Shown here: positions 1-9,141 of the stretch, piece after piece | Position numbering within the stretch: the first letter of the stretch is position 1 | Layout: every line of letters starts with the position of its first letter | Source of the DNA: Thermoplasmatota archaeon | GTDB taxonomy: Archaea; Thermoplasmatota; E2; JACPAO01; JAHFTW01 | DNA: 33,247 bases | Reading direction: 5' to 3' | Assembly (NCBI GenBank): GCA_041624075.1 | Contig: JBFJVP010000001.1 | Location: 1-33,247 of the forward strand | Program-made: the position numbers and the translations under genes | The notes under the pieces: model-generated | Told to the model about the DNA's origin: nothing | The model's database searches: none | The model's input: the letters and a program-made list of their open reading frames with translations, nothing else

Positions 1-26
1 ATGCGGCCAGCAGGAACCGTCACCCG

Positions 27-472
27 ATGGGCGCAACGCCAAGGCTGCTCCTGTTGGCCTTGGTCGTGCTGGCTGGGTGCACCGGCCCTGCAACGCAGGA
101 TAGGGGAGATGGGGCTGGCGCGGCTGACATGACCCTTGGGCCTTGGCGCGGGGGTCCTGAAACTGGCATTCGCTGCCGACTCCTGCTTCCTAAGGCGGTC
201 TGCGCGCCAACGAGTCTGGGCCGGTCGACGTCGAGTATGACCTTCTCACCCCCAGCCGCTTCGTGGGCGCGTCTGCGGAAGTGGATGACCACCTCAACCT
301 GACTGGTAGCCTGCAAAGCCATGGCACGCCGGATGCCGATGAGACGCTGAGCTTCAGTGTGCGCCGGGAGCGCTCCGGTCTTGGCGTGATTTACGCCTAC
401 GTTCATTGGAATGATGCCCACGGCGGCCTGGAGAGCTGCGCGGCTTTTGACTTCGAAGTCGCCAGCTCCTAG
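27..472 (+). pseudogene. putative secreted lipoprotein split over two reading frames (frameshift, pseudogene or assembly error)
   Basis: The frame starting at ATG 27 encodes a signal peptide with a lipobox (MGATPRLLLLALVVLAGC) but becomes S/T/R-rich junk after about nt 190. The -1 frame is open from 194 to the TAG at 470-472. It encodes a plausible acidic, high-GC3 sequence (GPVDVEYDLLTPSRFVGASAEVDDHLNLTGSLQ...FDFEVASS), and its only in-frame start is GTG 263. Stops at 158 and 191 block joining the frames without a shift. Confidence 0.3.
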
Positions 473-516
473 CAGCCCATTCACCGAGGCCCGGGCGGGT
501 TTGGCACTGGCTGGTT

Positions 517-1050
517 TCAGCGCTGGACCACTTCAACCACGGCCTTGTCGAGGCCCTGCTGCTGCCGGTGGCGGTTGAGGCGTGCCAGGAACCGCTCGGG
601 CAACGTGCCCGTTGGACCCTGCACGAACCAGGAGAGCCGCACGCGGCTAAGGCGCCCTGCACGCAGGCAGAAGACCTCCAGGTGGGCACGCCTGGGCCGG
701 TGACCCGGAGCCGGACCATCGCGCCGCGTCACCTGAACCAAGCGGAGCGCGTGGACATCGTCCCAGATCACGCGGCGGCGCCCGTGGGTAAGGCCCTCCG
801 GGTCGAGTTGGGCGGTGAGGCTCACCATCTGGATGGCGCCCAGCAGGAAGGGCAAGCCCAGAATGATTGCGAAGAGCGTCAAGATCACGTCCAGGACGTC
901 GCCGGTGCGCTGGGTCAGCCACCACCAGCCGTAGGCGAGTGCTACCAAAAGGGGCACCACGATCACGAGGCCCGACTTGGAGGCCCGGAAGGTCTCGCTA
1001 CTGCCCAAATCCAAGGCATCCACACCGCCACGACCGAGCGCGGCATTCAA
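517..1050 (-). CDS. hypothetical membrane protein: two TM helices followed by a small soluble domain
   Basis: This is the C-terminal part of ORF 517..1491, lying downstream of the thiolase stop (1068-1070). Hydrophobic helices are LVIVVPLLVALAYGWWWL and VILTLFAIILGLPFLLGAIQMV, followed by about 100 aa of soluble sequence. There is no in-frame ATG, so the start is TTG 1050 or GTG 1023. The topology recalls membrane-flanked bacterial PH-like proteins, but that is inference only. Confidence 0.45.
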   Translation of the reverse strand: MNAALGRGGVDALDLGSSETFRASKSGLVIVVPLLVALAYGWWWLTQRTGDVLDVILTLFAIILGLPFLLGAIQMVSLTAQLDPEGLTHGRRRVIWDDVHALRLVQVTRRDGPAPGHRPRRAHLEVFCLRAGRLSRVRLSWFVQGPTGTLPERFLARLNRHRQQQGLDKAVVEVVQR

Positions 1051-1067
1051 AAGTGGGTAGGCCGCAG

Positions 1068-2315
1068 CTAGCGCTCCAGGATGGCGGTGACGCCCTGCCC
1101 ACCGGCGGCGCAGATGCTGATGAGTCCTCGGCCCGAGCCCTTCTCGGCCAGGGTTTTGGCGAGGGTGGCCAGGATGCGGCCGCCGGTGGCGGCAAAGGGG
1201 TGGCCGGCGGCGATGCTGCTGCCCTTGACGTTGAGCTTGGCGGCATCGATGGCGCCGAGCCCCTTCTGCTCCCACGCGGCGAGGGTGCAAAGGACAACGC
1301 TGGCGAAGGCCTCGTGGATCTCGTAGAAGTCGAAATCCTGCAAGGCCAACCCCTCCCTCTCCAGCAGCTTGGGCACCGCCTCGTAGGCGGGCGCCATCAG
1401 CAGACCCTCGCTGCCCTCGACGAAGTCGACTGCACCCGTTTGCGCTCCGGTCAGATGGGCCAGAACGGGGAGCCCCCGCTCTTCGGCCCACTCCGGCGTG
1501 GCTAGCAGGACGGCGCTGGCTCCGTCAGTGAGGGGGCTGGCGTTGGCGGCCGTGATGGAACCCCCTTCGGCGAAGGCGCCCTTCAGGCGCGAGACTTTTT
1601 CGAGGCTCGTGTCGGGCCGCAGGTTGTTGTCGCGCTCGAGGCCGTGGTACGGCATGACCAGGTCCTCGAAGAAGCCAGCGTCGTAGGCTGCGGCCAGCTT
1701 GTGGTGGCTGGCCACCGCCAGTGCATCCATGGCCTCACGGGTGATGCCGTATTCGTCCGCCGTTGCCTGGGCGTGCTGCCCCATGGACAAGCCGGTGCGC
1801 GGCTCGGCGTTGCGGGGCAGCGCGGGCACCAGGTTGCCTGGGTGCAAGGCTGCCAGCATGGCCTTGGCGCGTGCCCCCGTGCTCTTGGCGGCGTTGAGGT
1901 CCATGAGGGCCCGCTGGAAGCGCGGGTGGACGCTGACTGGCGCGTCGCTGGTGGTGTCGGTCCCACAGGCAATGCCAGCGTCGATCTGGCCGAGGGCAAT
2001 CTTGTTGGCAACCAGGATGGCTGCCTCCAAACCGGTTCCGCACGCCTGCTGCACATCGTATGCCGGCGTATGGGGATCGAGGCTGGTGCCCAGCACCGAC
2101 TCCCGCACCAGGTTCCAGTCCCGCGCATGCTTCATGACGGCGCCGCCGACCACTTCGCCAAGCAATTCGCCCTCCAACTTGGCGCGGTCGACGAGGCCCT
2201 GCAAGGTGTCGCTCAGCATGGTCTGGTTGGACAAGTGATGGTACGCCGTGTTTTGCCTTGCAAACGGAATGCGGTTGGCGGCTACGACGGCGACCGGGCG
2301 GGGCGCAGTGGGCAT
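1068..2315 (-). CDS. acetyl-CoA C-acyltransferase / 3-ketoacyl-CoA thiolase
   Basis: 415 aa from ATG 2315 (MPTAPRPVAVVAANRIPFAR); the track ORF begins at an upstream GTG 2384. Thiolase motifs are readable: nucleophile Cys in VQQACGTGLEA, then GHPFAATGGR and ICAAGGQG near the C-terminus. Confidence 0.9.
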   Translation of the reverse strand: MPTAPRPVAVVAANRIPFARQNTAYHHLSNQTMLSDTLQGLVDRAKLEGELLGEVVGGAVMKHARDWNLVRESVLGTSLDPHTPAYDVQQACGTGLEAAILVANKIALGQIDAGIACGTDTTSDAPVSVHPRFQRALMDLNAAKSTGARAKAMLAALHPGNLVPALPRNAEPRTGLSMGQHAQATADEYGITREAMDALAVASHHKLAAAYDAGFFEDLVMPYHGLERDNNLRPDTSLEKVSRLKGAFAEGGSITAANASPLTDGASAVLLATPEWAEERGLPVLAHLTGAQTGAVDFVEGSEGLLMAPAYEAVPKLLEREGLALQDFDFYEIHEAFASVVLCTLAAWEQKGLGAIDAAKLNVKGSSIAAGHPFAATGGRILATLAKTLAEKGSGRGLISICAAGGQGVTAILER

Positions 2316-2438
2316 GGGCTTGCAGTGGCCGAGCTGGCCAAAAGGATGTGCAAAGCCCGACAGCCGTGCGCCGGCGGCCCGCACGCTCGAAGGCGGTGAG
2401 TCACGGGGATGAAGGAAAAGGTCCGGTCAAGCTGGCGC

Positions 2439-5400
2439 TCAGCTTGCTGCTGCCGTGGGCACGGATGTCGAGGCGGCCGGGGCGCCGGGCGTCGGTGCAG
2501 CCGGCTCGTTGGGGTCCGTGCCGAGGCGCAGTTCGGCGCCGTCGTCAATGCCGTCGCCGTCGCTGTCGGTCGCACAGGGGTTGGTTCCATAGTGGGCCAC
2601 CTCATTGGTGCTGGACAGGCCGTCGCCGTCGGGGTCTTCATGGGTGTCGTCGGCGTCGGGGTCCATGCACTCGTGGCGCGCCTCATCCTCGTTCAGGATG
2701 CCATCGCCGTCCCGGTCATCGTCGCACGCATCACCCAGTCCGTCACCATCCAGGTCGCCCTGGCCCGGATTGGCCACGAGGCGGCAATTGTCGCTGCCAT
2801 CCACGTATCCATCGCCATCGGTGTCATCCACCAGCGGGTCGGTTCCCAGTTCCAGCTCTTCGCCGTCAAGCAAGCCGTCGCCATCCGTGTCGTCGCGGCG
2901 GGGGTTGGTGCCATGTACGTTCACTTCGTCGCCGTCCGGGATCCCATCGCCGTCGGTGTCGGCCAGGGCGGGGTCCGTGCGGTGGTGGAACACTTCTTGT
3001 CGGTCGCCCAGGCCGTCGCCGTCCGAGTCGGTGGAATGGGGGTTGGTTCCCAAGGACTGCACCTCGAACGAATCGGTGAAGCCGTCCCCGTCGGCGTCGG
3101 CGTTGCGACACGCATCGGTGGCGTGCACCAGGATCTCGTCGCCGTCGCTCAAACCGTCGCCGTCGGAGTCGTGGTTGGCCGGGTCGGGGCAGCCGGTGCC
3201 GCCGGCGCGATCCACCTCGTCACCATCGGTGAGGCCATCGCGGTCGGAGTCGGCGTCGGTGGGGCTAGTGCCCCATGCCGCTTCCTCGCCGTCCGGCAAG
3301 CCATCCTCATCGGTGTCGGCGGAGGTGGGATCGGTGCCCATGAGCGCCTCGCGCTCGTCGGTCAACCCATCATGGTCACTGTCCACGTCCTCGGGGTCGC
3401 AGGCATCGGTGCCGTCGGCGAGTTCCGTGCCGTCCAGCACGCCGTCACCATCCGAATCTGCGATCAGGGGGTCGGGGCACGCGCCGTCGCCTGCCATGAC
3501 GATCTCCTCGCCATCCAGCAGCCCGTCATCGTCCGTGTCGTTGACCAACGGGTCGGTGCCCAGGCTACGTTCGCGGCCGTCATCCAGCCCGTCGTCGTCG
3601 GAGTCGGCCAGTCGCGGGTCGGTGCCGTCGAGCCATTCCTCGCCGTCATCAAGGCCATCGCCATCGGTGTCGGGGAGCGTGGGGTCGGTGCCGTCGTCGA
3701 TCTCCTGGCCGTCGGTAATGCCATCGCCGTCTGTGTCGGCCATCTGCGGGTCAGTGGATGCAGCCACCTCTTGGCCGTCGAGCAAGCCATCGTCGTCGGT
3801 GTCGGCGTCGCACGGATCGCCGCCCACGGGAGATTCGTCGCCGTCCATGAGGCCGTCGTCGTCGGTGTCCGCCACCCAAGGGTCGGTGCAGCCGGTGTCG
3901 ATCTCTTCGGGATCCGTCAAGCCGTCGGCATCGGGATCGGGCGACAGGGGGTCGGTGCCGTGGATGGACTCGGTGCCATCGTCGAGGCCGTCCGAATCGG
4001 TGTCAGGGTTGGTGGGATCGGTGCCTTGGTCGTCCTCTGTGCCGTCCGTCAATCCATCGGCATCGGTGTCCGCTTCGAAGGGATTGCTGCCCAGTTCAGC
4101 CTCGCGGCCGTCGGTGAGGCCGTCGCCGTCCGTGTCGGGGTTGAGCGGGTCGGTGCCACGGGCATGCTCGTCGCCGTCGTTGGCGCCGTCGGCGTCCGTG
4201 TCGACCAAGTCCGGGTCGGTGCCCAGCGCCTCCTCGTCGTTGTTGTCCAGTCCGTCGCCGTCGCGGTCCACGTCACACGTGTCGCCCAGGCCGTCCGCAT
4301 CGCTGTCTGCCTGAGACGGGTTGGCGAGGTCGCAGTTGTCCGCGTTGTCTCCAACGCCGTCCCCGTCAGCATCCTCCCACTCAGCGGGGTCGTCGGGGAA
4401 CGGGTCGCTGGCGTTGGCCACGCCGTCGCCGTCCCGGTCATCGTCGCAGGCGTCCCCGATACCGTCCGCATCCAAATCGGATTGGTCGTTTGCGGCCAGG
4501 ATGCAATTGTCCACGTCGTCGCGGCTCCCGTCGTCGTCGGTGTCCGCCAGATCGGGGTTGCTGCCCAGGGTTTGCTCGTCCGCGTTGGACAGGGTGTCTC
4601 CGTCGCGGTCGTCGTCGCAGGCATCGCCCATGCCATCGCCATCCAAGTCATCCTGGCTCGGGTTTGCCGTTTCAAGACAGTTGTCGCCGTTGTCCCCCAC
4701 GCCGTCGCCGTCTGCGTCCGCCCATTCCGCCGGGTCGGTTGCAAAGGCGTCCGAGGCATCCAAAACGCCATCGCCGTCCGTGTCCGCGAGGTTGGGGTCG
4801 GTGCCGCCATGCGTTTCGTCATCGTCGGTCAAGCCGTCGCCGTCAGTGTCAGTATCGCACGCGTCGCCGATGCCGTCACTGTCCAAGTCTGCCTGAGCAG
4901 GGTTGGCCGCGTCGGGGCAGTTGTCGCCGTTGTCGCCCACGCCATCGCCATCCGCGTCGTCCCACTCACTGCCATCCAGGGGGAACGCGTCGTCGCCGTC
5001 GTTGATGCCGTCACCGTCGGTGTCAGGCGAATCCGGGTCGGTTCCAGCGGCGGCCTCTTGGGAGTTGCTGCTCCCGTCACCGTCACGATCCGGATCGCAG
5101 GCGTCGCCTGCGCCATCCCCGTCAAGATCTGTTTGGTCGTTGTCCACCAAGGGGCAATTGTCCGCGCCGTCGGCCACGCCGTCCCCGTCGGTGTCAAACT
5201 GGTCTGGATCGGTGCCAAGGGCAAACTCGTCGCGATTGGGAAGTCCGTCCCCGTCGCGATCCAGGTCACAGATGTCGCCGACGCCGTCGCCATCCAAGTC
5301 GTCTTGGCCAGCGTTGGGGACATCGATGCAGTTGTCCACGTTGTTGCCAACACCATCGCGGTCCGAGTCTTGGGATTCGGCTGCATTGTCGGGGAAGGCA

Positions 5401-7136
5401 TCCTCGATGTTGTCGACGCCGTCGCCGTCCCGGTCGTCGTCACAGTCGTCGCCCAGCCCATCGGCGTCGAGATCATGCTGGTCCGGGTTGCGTTGATCCG
5501 GACAGTTATCCGCGTCGTTTTCCACGTCGTCACCGTCTCGGTCGTCGTCGCACGCGTCGCCCAAACCGTCGCGGTCGCGGTCTTCCTGGCGCCCGTTGGC
5601 GACGGTTGCACAGTTGTCGTCGCTGTCGAACCAGCCATCGCCGTCTGTGTCCCGATCGCCGGGGTCGGTGCCGGCAGCCAGTTCCTCCTCGTTGGTCAGT
5701 CCATCCCCGTCCCGGTCGTCGTCGCACGCATCGCCCGTGCCATCAAAGTCGATGTCTGCCTGGTCGGCGTTGGCGGCCAGGGGGCAGTTGTCTGCGGGGT
5801 CTCGGTTGCCGTCGCCGTCGGTGTCAACCAGATCGGGGTCAGTGCCCAGTTCAAGCTCGCGGTCGTTGGACCAGCCGTCGCCATCGCGGTCCACATCGCA
5901 CGGGTCGCCGGTTCCGTCCCCGTCCAGGTCTTCTTGGCCAGGGTTGGCAAGGCTGCAGTTGTCTGCGTTGTCGCCCACGCCGTCGGCGTCCCGATCTGCC
6001 CACTCGGAGGCGTCGTCGGGGAACAGGTCGGATTGGTTGGAAACATCGTCGCCGTCCCGATCATCATCGCACGCATCCCCGATTCCGTCTTCGTCCAAGT
6101 CCTGTTGACCGGGGTTGGCCAGGCCGAGGCAGTTGTCCACTTCGTCGTTGACTCCGTCACTGTCGGAGTCCTCGTCGCAGGCATCGCCGCTTCCGTCGCC
6201 GTCGCTGTCGCTTTGGCCCGCATTGGCCGCCGTCGGGCAGTTGTCGGCGGCGTCGCCAACCCCATCTGAATCGGAGTCAGGGTCATCGGGATCCGTTCCC
6301 AGGGCGTCCTCCTCCACGTTGGTCAGGCCGTCGCCGTCCCGGTCGTCGTCGCAAGCGTCACCGACGCCATCCCCATCGCCGTCCTCCTGGGTGTTGCCCG
6401 TGAGGGGGCAGTTGTCGTCGGCGTCGCCGTGACCATCGCCATCGGTGTCAAACAGCCCGGGGTCCGTGCCTAGGGCGACTTCCTCGTCGTCGCCCAGGCC
6501 GTCGCCGTCGCGGTCCGCGTCGCAGGCGTCGCCCCAGCCGTCCTCGTCCGTGTCCACTTGGTCAGCATTGGCTGTGAGACGGCAATTGTCAGCACCATCC
6601 AGGGCGCCGTCGGAGTCAGAGTCCGCGTTGTCAGGATCCGTGCCCAGTGGGCCCTCCTCGACGTTCAGCAGCCCGTCGCCGTCGCGATCGTCGTCGCATG
6701 CGTCGCCCAGTCCGTCCCCGTCCAGGTCCGCTTGGTCGCTGTTGGCTGCCTGGGGACAGTTGTCGTTGCGGTTGCGAACGCCGTCGGCATCCAGGTCCCG
6801 GGGCGTGGAGGCTCCGTCCAGGGGATCCGATCCGGCGTCGATCTCGGCCCCGTCACCGAACCGGTCACCGTCACTATCGGCAGCGCAGGCGTCCGTCAGG
6901 TACACGTTCACTTCGTCGCCGTCAGACAGGCCATCGCCGTCGGTGTCGGGGTTGTTCAGGTCTGTACAGCCCCAATACTCCTCCCGGTCGCGCAAGCCAT
7001 CGCCGTCGGCATCGTTGGCGGCTTGCACGCCAGGAACGGTGGCAAGCGCGGCAAGCGTCAATGCCAGCACCATGGCTGTGGTTAGGCTCGTCCGGAAAGG
7101 CAGGAGCCGCTTCGGGTTGGAGGGTTGGATTTGCAT
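2439..7136 (-). CDS. giant secreted thrombospondin type-3 (TSP3) repeat Ca-binding protein
   Basis: 1565 aa from ATG 7136, with signal peptide MQIQPSNPKRLLPFRTSLTTAMVLALTLAALATVPGVQA and a GGTGA Shine-Dalgarno-like element upstream. The rest is wall-to-wall DxDxDGxxDxxD repeats. About 16 (hand count) are Cys-containing units of the form DNCPxxxNxxQxDxDxDGxGDACDxDRDGDG. A Cys-poor block of GTDPxxxDTDGDGLxDGxE units is also present. There is no C-terminal TM segment. Confidence 0.9.
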   Translation of the reverse strand: MQIQPSNPKRLLPFRTSLTTAMVLALTLAALATVPGVQAANDADGDGLRDREEYWGCTDLNNPDTDGDGLSDGDEVNVYLTDACAADSDGDRFGDGAEIDAGSDPLDGASTPRDLDADGVRNRNDNCPQAANSDQADLDGDGLGDACDDDRDGDGLLNVEEGPLGTDPDNADSDSDGALDGADNCRLTANADQVDTDEDGWGDACDADRDGDGLGDDEEVALGTDPGLFDTDGDGHGDADDNCPLTGNTQEDGDGDGVGDACDDDRDGDGLTNVEEDALGTDPDDPDSDSDGVGDAADNCPTAANAGQSDSDGDGSGDACDEDSDSDGVNDEVDNCLGLANPGQQDLDEDGIGDACDDDRDGDDVSNQSDLFPDDASEWADRDADGVGDNADNCSLANPGQEDLDGDGTGDPCDVDRDGDGWSNDRELELGTDPDLVDTDGDGNRDPADNCPLAANADQADIDFDGTGDACDDDRDGDGLTNEEELAAGTDPGDRDTDGDGWFDSDDNCATVANGRQEDRDRDGLGDACDDDRDGDDVENDADNCPDQRNPDQHDLDADGLGDDCDDDRDGDGVDNIEDAFPDNAAESQDSDRDGVGNNVDNCIDVPNAGQDDLDGDGVGDICDLDRDGDGLPNRDEFALGTDPDQFDTDGDGVADGADNCPLVDNDQTDLDGDGAGDACDPDRDGDGSSNSQEAAAGTDPDSPDTDGDGINDGDDAFPLDGSEWDDADGDGVGDNGDNCPDAANPAQADLDSDGIGDACDTDTDGDGLTDDDETHGGTDPNLADTDGDGVLDASDAFATDPAEWADADGDGVGDNGDNCLETANPSQDDLDGDGMGDACDDDRDGDTLSNADEQTLGSNPDLADTDDDGSRDDVDNCILAANDQSDLDADGIGDACDDDRDGDGVANASDPFPDDPAEWEDADGDGVGDNADNCDLANPSQADSDADGLGDTCDVDRDGDGLDNNDEEALGTDPDLVDTDADGANDGDEHARGTDPLNPDTDGDGLTDGREAELGSNPFEADTDADGLTDGTEDDQGTDPTNPDTDSDGLDDGTESIHGTDPLSPDPDADGLTDPEEIDTGCTDPWVADTDDDGLMDGDESPVGGDPCDADTDDDGLLDGQEVAASTDPQMADTDGDGITDGQEIDDGTDPTLPDTDGDGLDDGEEWLDGTDPRLADSDDDGLDDGRERSLGTDPLVNDTDDDGLLDGEEIVMAGDGACPDPLIADSDGDGVLDGTELADGTDACDPEDVDSDHDGLTDEREALMGTDPTSADTDEDGLPDGEEAAWGTSPTDADSDRDGLTDGDEVDRAGGTGCPDPANHDSDGDGLSDGDEILVHATDACRNADADGDGFTDSFEVQSLGTNPHSTDSDGDGLGDRQEVFHHRTDPALADTDGDGIPDGDEVNVHGTNPRRDDTDGDGLLDGEELELGTDPLVDDTDGDGYVDGSDNCRLVANPGQGDLDGDGLGDACDDDRDGDGILNEDEARHECMDPDADDTHEDPDGDGLSSTNEVAHYGTNPCATDSDGDGIDDGAELRLGTDPNEPAAPTPGAPAASTSVPTAAAS
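2620..6768 (-). repeat. coding tandem-repeat array (TSP type-3 repeats) inside the giant protein
   Basis: The peptide periodicity is visible throughout. The COMP-like Cys-containing units lie at about 4167-6768 and 2620-2793, and the Cys-poor units at about 2794-4166. Boundaries were placed by hand. Confidence 0.8.
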
Positions 7137-7200
7137 GGGTTCACCGCACTTCCGATCCAACCAAGGCCAGACCGAAAACGATCGATCCACGCCGGGCGCG

Positions 7201-7207
7201 TATTTAA
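7201..7207 (-). promoter_or_regulatory. TATA-like box (TTAAATA on the minus strand) upstream of the TSP3 giant gene
   Basis: This is the only strongly AT-rich element in the 380-nt intergenic region. It lies about 65 nt upstream of ATG 7136, which carries a GGTGA SD-like element, implying a leadered transcript. Confidence 0.3.
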
Positions 7208-7516
7208 CACGAGGGCTTGGCAGGAGGGCTTTGGAAACCGAACCGGACCAGATGCAGCCAAACGGTTGTACCACGGCGGAATGTCACCGTTGAAACCACA
7301 GCTACGGCGCTGGACGATCGCGCCGGCACTCGTAATGCGGGAGGCGCTAGACGAGCCACAAGTGTCCAGCCAGGCCCAACAAGAAGCCAGCCAACGCGCC
7401 CAGGGTGGGAACCATGTGGCCGCGCCGCCAGTCAGCTGCTGCGATCCAACCGCCCGCCCGAAAGGCGCGGGACGCCGCTCACCGTCTGTTCTCTACCCAG
7501 CCGCGTGCCCGCCCAA

Positions 7517-8665
7517 CTAATGGGTCGGCAAGCCAATCTGCCGAGCGATGACCATGCGCTGCACCTCACTGGAGCCTTCGCCGATCTCGCACAGCTTGTT
7601 GTCGCGCAGGTACCGCTCCACTTGGTAGTCCTGGATGTACCCGTTGCCGCCGTGGATCTGGATCGCGTCCAGGCAGACGCGTGTGGCCATTTCGCTGGCG
7701 TACAGCTTGGCCATCGAAGCCTCCGTCTTGAACGGCTGACCTGCATCCTTCAAAGTGGCGGCGCGGGCGAGCAACAGGCGGGCGGCGTCGATCTCGGTGG
7801 CCATGTCGGCCAGTTTCCATTGGATGGCCTGGAAGCTGCCGATGGTCTTGCCAAACTGCTCCCGTTCCTTCGCGTACGCCACGGCACGGTCATAGCCGCC
7901 CTGGGCCAAGCCCAGACTTAGGCTGCCAATGGCAATGCGACCGGCATCGAGCGTGTGCAGGGCGCCGGTGAAGCCCTTGCCCTCTTCGCCCACCATGCGG
8001 TCGTCGGGGAGCCACATGTCCTCAAAGTAGAGCTGGCTCGTGATGGAGCCCCGCATGCCCAGCTTGTCCTCCTTGTTGCCCAGTTGCAAGCCCTTCTCGC
8101 CCTTCTCGGCCACGAAGGCACTGATGCCCTTGGCGCCCGCCGATGGGTCGGTCTTGGCCATGATCGTGATGACATCCGCGATGTGGCCGTTGGTGATGAA
8201 CTGCTTCTGGCCATTGAGTACCCAGCCATCGCCGTCGCGCACCGCCTTGGTCTCCAGGGCGGCTGCGTCACTGCCACTGGTGGGCTCGGTCAGCGCCCAG
8301 GCACCGATCTTCTTGCCCTGCGCCAGATCCGGAATCCAGCGCTGGATCTGCTCTGGGCTGCCCTGGGAGTAGATCTGGCTGATGCCCAGTCCGTTGTGGG
8401 CCGCCAGGCTCAACGACAGGCTGCCCGAAACGCGGGCGATCTCCTCGATCGCGATGTTGTAACTGACTGTGTCGAGGCCTGTTCCGCCGTCCTCGGCGCG
8501 CACCGTCATGCCCATGAGGCCCATCTCGGCGAGCCGGGGCACCAACTCTTCCGGCCACCAGTCCTCAACATCCATCTTGTCGGCGATCGCGGCAACCTCG
8601 GTCTCGGCGAATTCGCGCATGGTCTTGCGCACGAGTTGCTGCTCCTCGGTGAACTGGAAATCCAT
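7517..8665 (-). CDS. acyl-CoA dehydrogenase (short/medium-chain type)
   Basis: 382 aa from ATG 8665 ([21 protein letters not shown]). Readable motifs are [23 protein letters not shown] and the C-terminal [17 protein letters not shown] (catalytic Glu context). An alternative upstream ATG at 8719 would add 18 Pro-rich residues. The track ORF start at 8968 is rejected. Confidence 0.92.
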   Translation of the reverse strand: MDFQFTEEQQLVRKTMREFAETEVAAIADKMDVEDWWPEELVPRLAEMGLMGMTVRAEDGGTGLDTVSYNIAIEEIARVSGSLSLSLAAHNGLGISQIYSQGSPEQIQRWIPDLAQGKKIGAWALTEPTSGSDAAALETKAVRDGDGWVLNGQKQFITNGHIADVITIMAKTDPSAGAKGISAFVAEKGEKGLQLGNKEDKLGMRGSITSQLYFEDMWLPDDRMVGEEGKGFTGALHTLDAGRIAIGSLSLGLAQGGYDRAVAYAKEREQFGKTIGSFQAIQWKLADMATEIDAARLLLARAATLKDAGQPFKTEASMAKLYASEMATRVCLDAIQIHGGNGYIQDYQVERYLRDNKLCEIGEGSSEVQRMVIARQIGLPTH

Positions 8666-8756
8666 GGTGAACGGGCCGGCCAAGCGGGGCCCCGGCTTAA
8701 GGGGCGCGCTGGGACCCATGCCGGGCAAGAACAGGCCCGCCACGAAAATCTTTGAC

Positions 8757-8763
8757 AAAAAAA
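8757..8763 (-). terminator. T7 tract downstream of peptide gene P1 (archaeal oligo-T terminator candidate)
   Basis: The minus strand reads CCTTTTTTTG 27-33 nt after the P1 stop (8790-8792). Oligo-T tracts are the known archaeal termination signal. Confidence 0.4.
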
Positions 8764-8789
8764 GGATAGAGGAGGGAGTCAGAATGGAC

Positions 8790-8993
8790 CTAGATGCAGA
8801 TGCCGTACCAACCGTAGTTGAGGTATTTGCCGTCGCAGGATCCGCCGTGCCAGCCTTCGCAGACGTACACGATGGTGCCAAGGATCTCGTCACCGGGATC
8901 GCCACAGGTGTGGGCTGCCGTGGCAGTGGGGGCAACGGCGACCGCGCCGATGGCGAGGCTAAGTGCAACGAGCAAGACGAGTTTGGTGCTCAT
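8790..8993 (-). CDS. small secreted four-Cys peptide, paralog P1 (67-aa precursor, about 41-aa mature)
   Basis: ATG 8993 gives MSTKLVLLVALSLAIGAVAVAPTATA|AHTCGDPGDEILGTIVYVCEGWHGGSCDGKYLNYGWYGICI. It has a Sec-type signal with an AxA site. It is one of four tandem paralogs. Against P2, the last 26 codons show 12 synonymous versus 3 nonsynonymous differences. Confidence 0.8.
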   Translation of the reverse strand: MSTKLVLLVALSLAIGAVAVAPTATAAHTCGDPGDEILGTIVYVCEGWHGGSCDGKYLNYGWYGICI

Positions 8994-9033
8994 GGAATGC
9001 CCCACACACGGCGCCCGATTGACCCATTCGGAT

Positions 9034-9048
9034 ATGCAACCGTTGCAT
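9034..9048. promoter_or_regulatory. 15-nt palindrome ATGCAAC-C-GTTGCAT upstream of P1 (candidate regulator binding site)
   Basis: Seven-bp perfect inverted arms surround a single central base, located 41-55 nt upstream of the P1 ATG. A one-nt loop excludes an RNA hairpin, so this is more likely a DNA site. Confidence 0.3.
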
Positions 9049-9141
9049 TGCAGATTTCAATGGGATAGCGAAGCATGTCAGGGATGAGGGCGCAGCCGCA
9101 CCCCCCATTGCCGGCCGGAAGCTCCAACTTGCCTGCATCCG

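Noticed and set aside
20-484. 154-aa minus-strand ORF at the left edge
   Set aside because: Its second half is P/S/R-rich junk and has no recognisable motifs. The plus strand offers a lipobox signal peptide and a high-GC3 acidic ORF instead. Confidence in either is low.
2439-2500. Possible PGF-CTERM/archaeosortase-type sorting signal at the C-terminus of the TSP3 giant
   Set aside because: The end (PAAPTPGAPAASTSVPTAAAS-stop) is a Pro/Thr/Ala linker. It has no PGF motif, hydrophobic helix or basic tail.
2409-6269. 1286-aa plus-strand ORF (V/A/G/I-rich), together with 2605-4314 and the other long plus-strand ORFs across the TSP3 gene
   Set aside because: These are antisense shadows of the GAC/GGC-rich repeat codons. 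The translation is low-complexity (VAVGV...) or S/P-rich with no signal or domains. The minus-strand frame encodes textbook TSP3 repeats with a signal peptide.
2500-6900. Periodic nucleotide repeats, considered as a possible CRISPR or satellite array
   Set aside because: The periodicity is imperfect, lies in-frame and corresponds to protein repeats. There are no uniform direct repeats with unique spacers.
7347-7415. 22-aa hydrophobic mini-ORF (MVPTLGALAGFLLGLAGHLWLV) on the minus strand in the 380-nt intergenic region
   Set aside because: It could be a small TM peptide. It has no RBS or TATA support, no paralog and is too short to distinguish from chance. It is noted only as something to check in Ribo-seq or proteomics.
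7137-7516. Search for a tRNA or structured ncRNA in the largest intergenic region
   Set aside because: No T-loop (GTTCRANYC) or cloverleaf could be assembled by eye. Only short stems were seen (AACGGT/ACCGTT at 7261-7290; GGCGC/GCGCC at 7306-7324).
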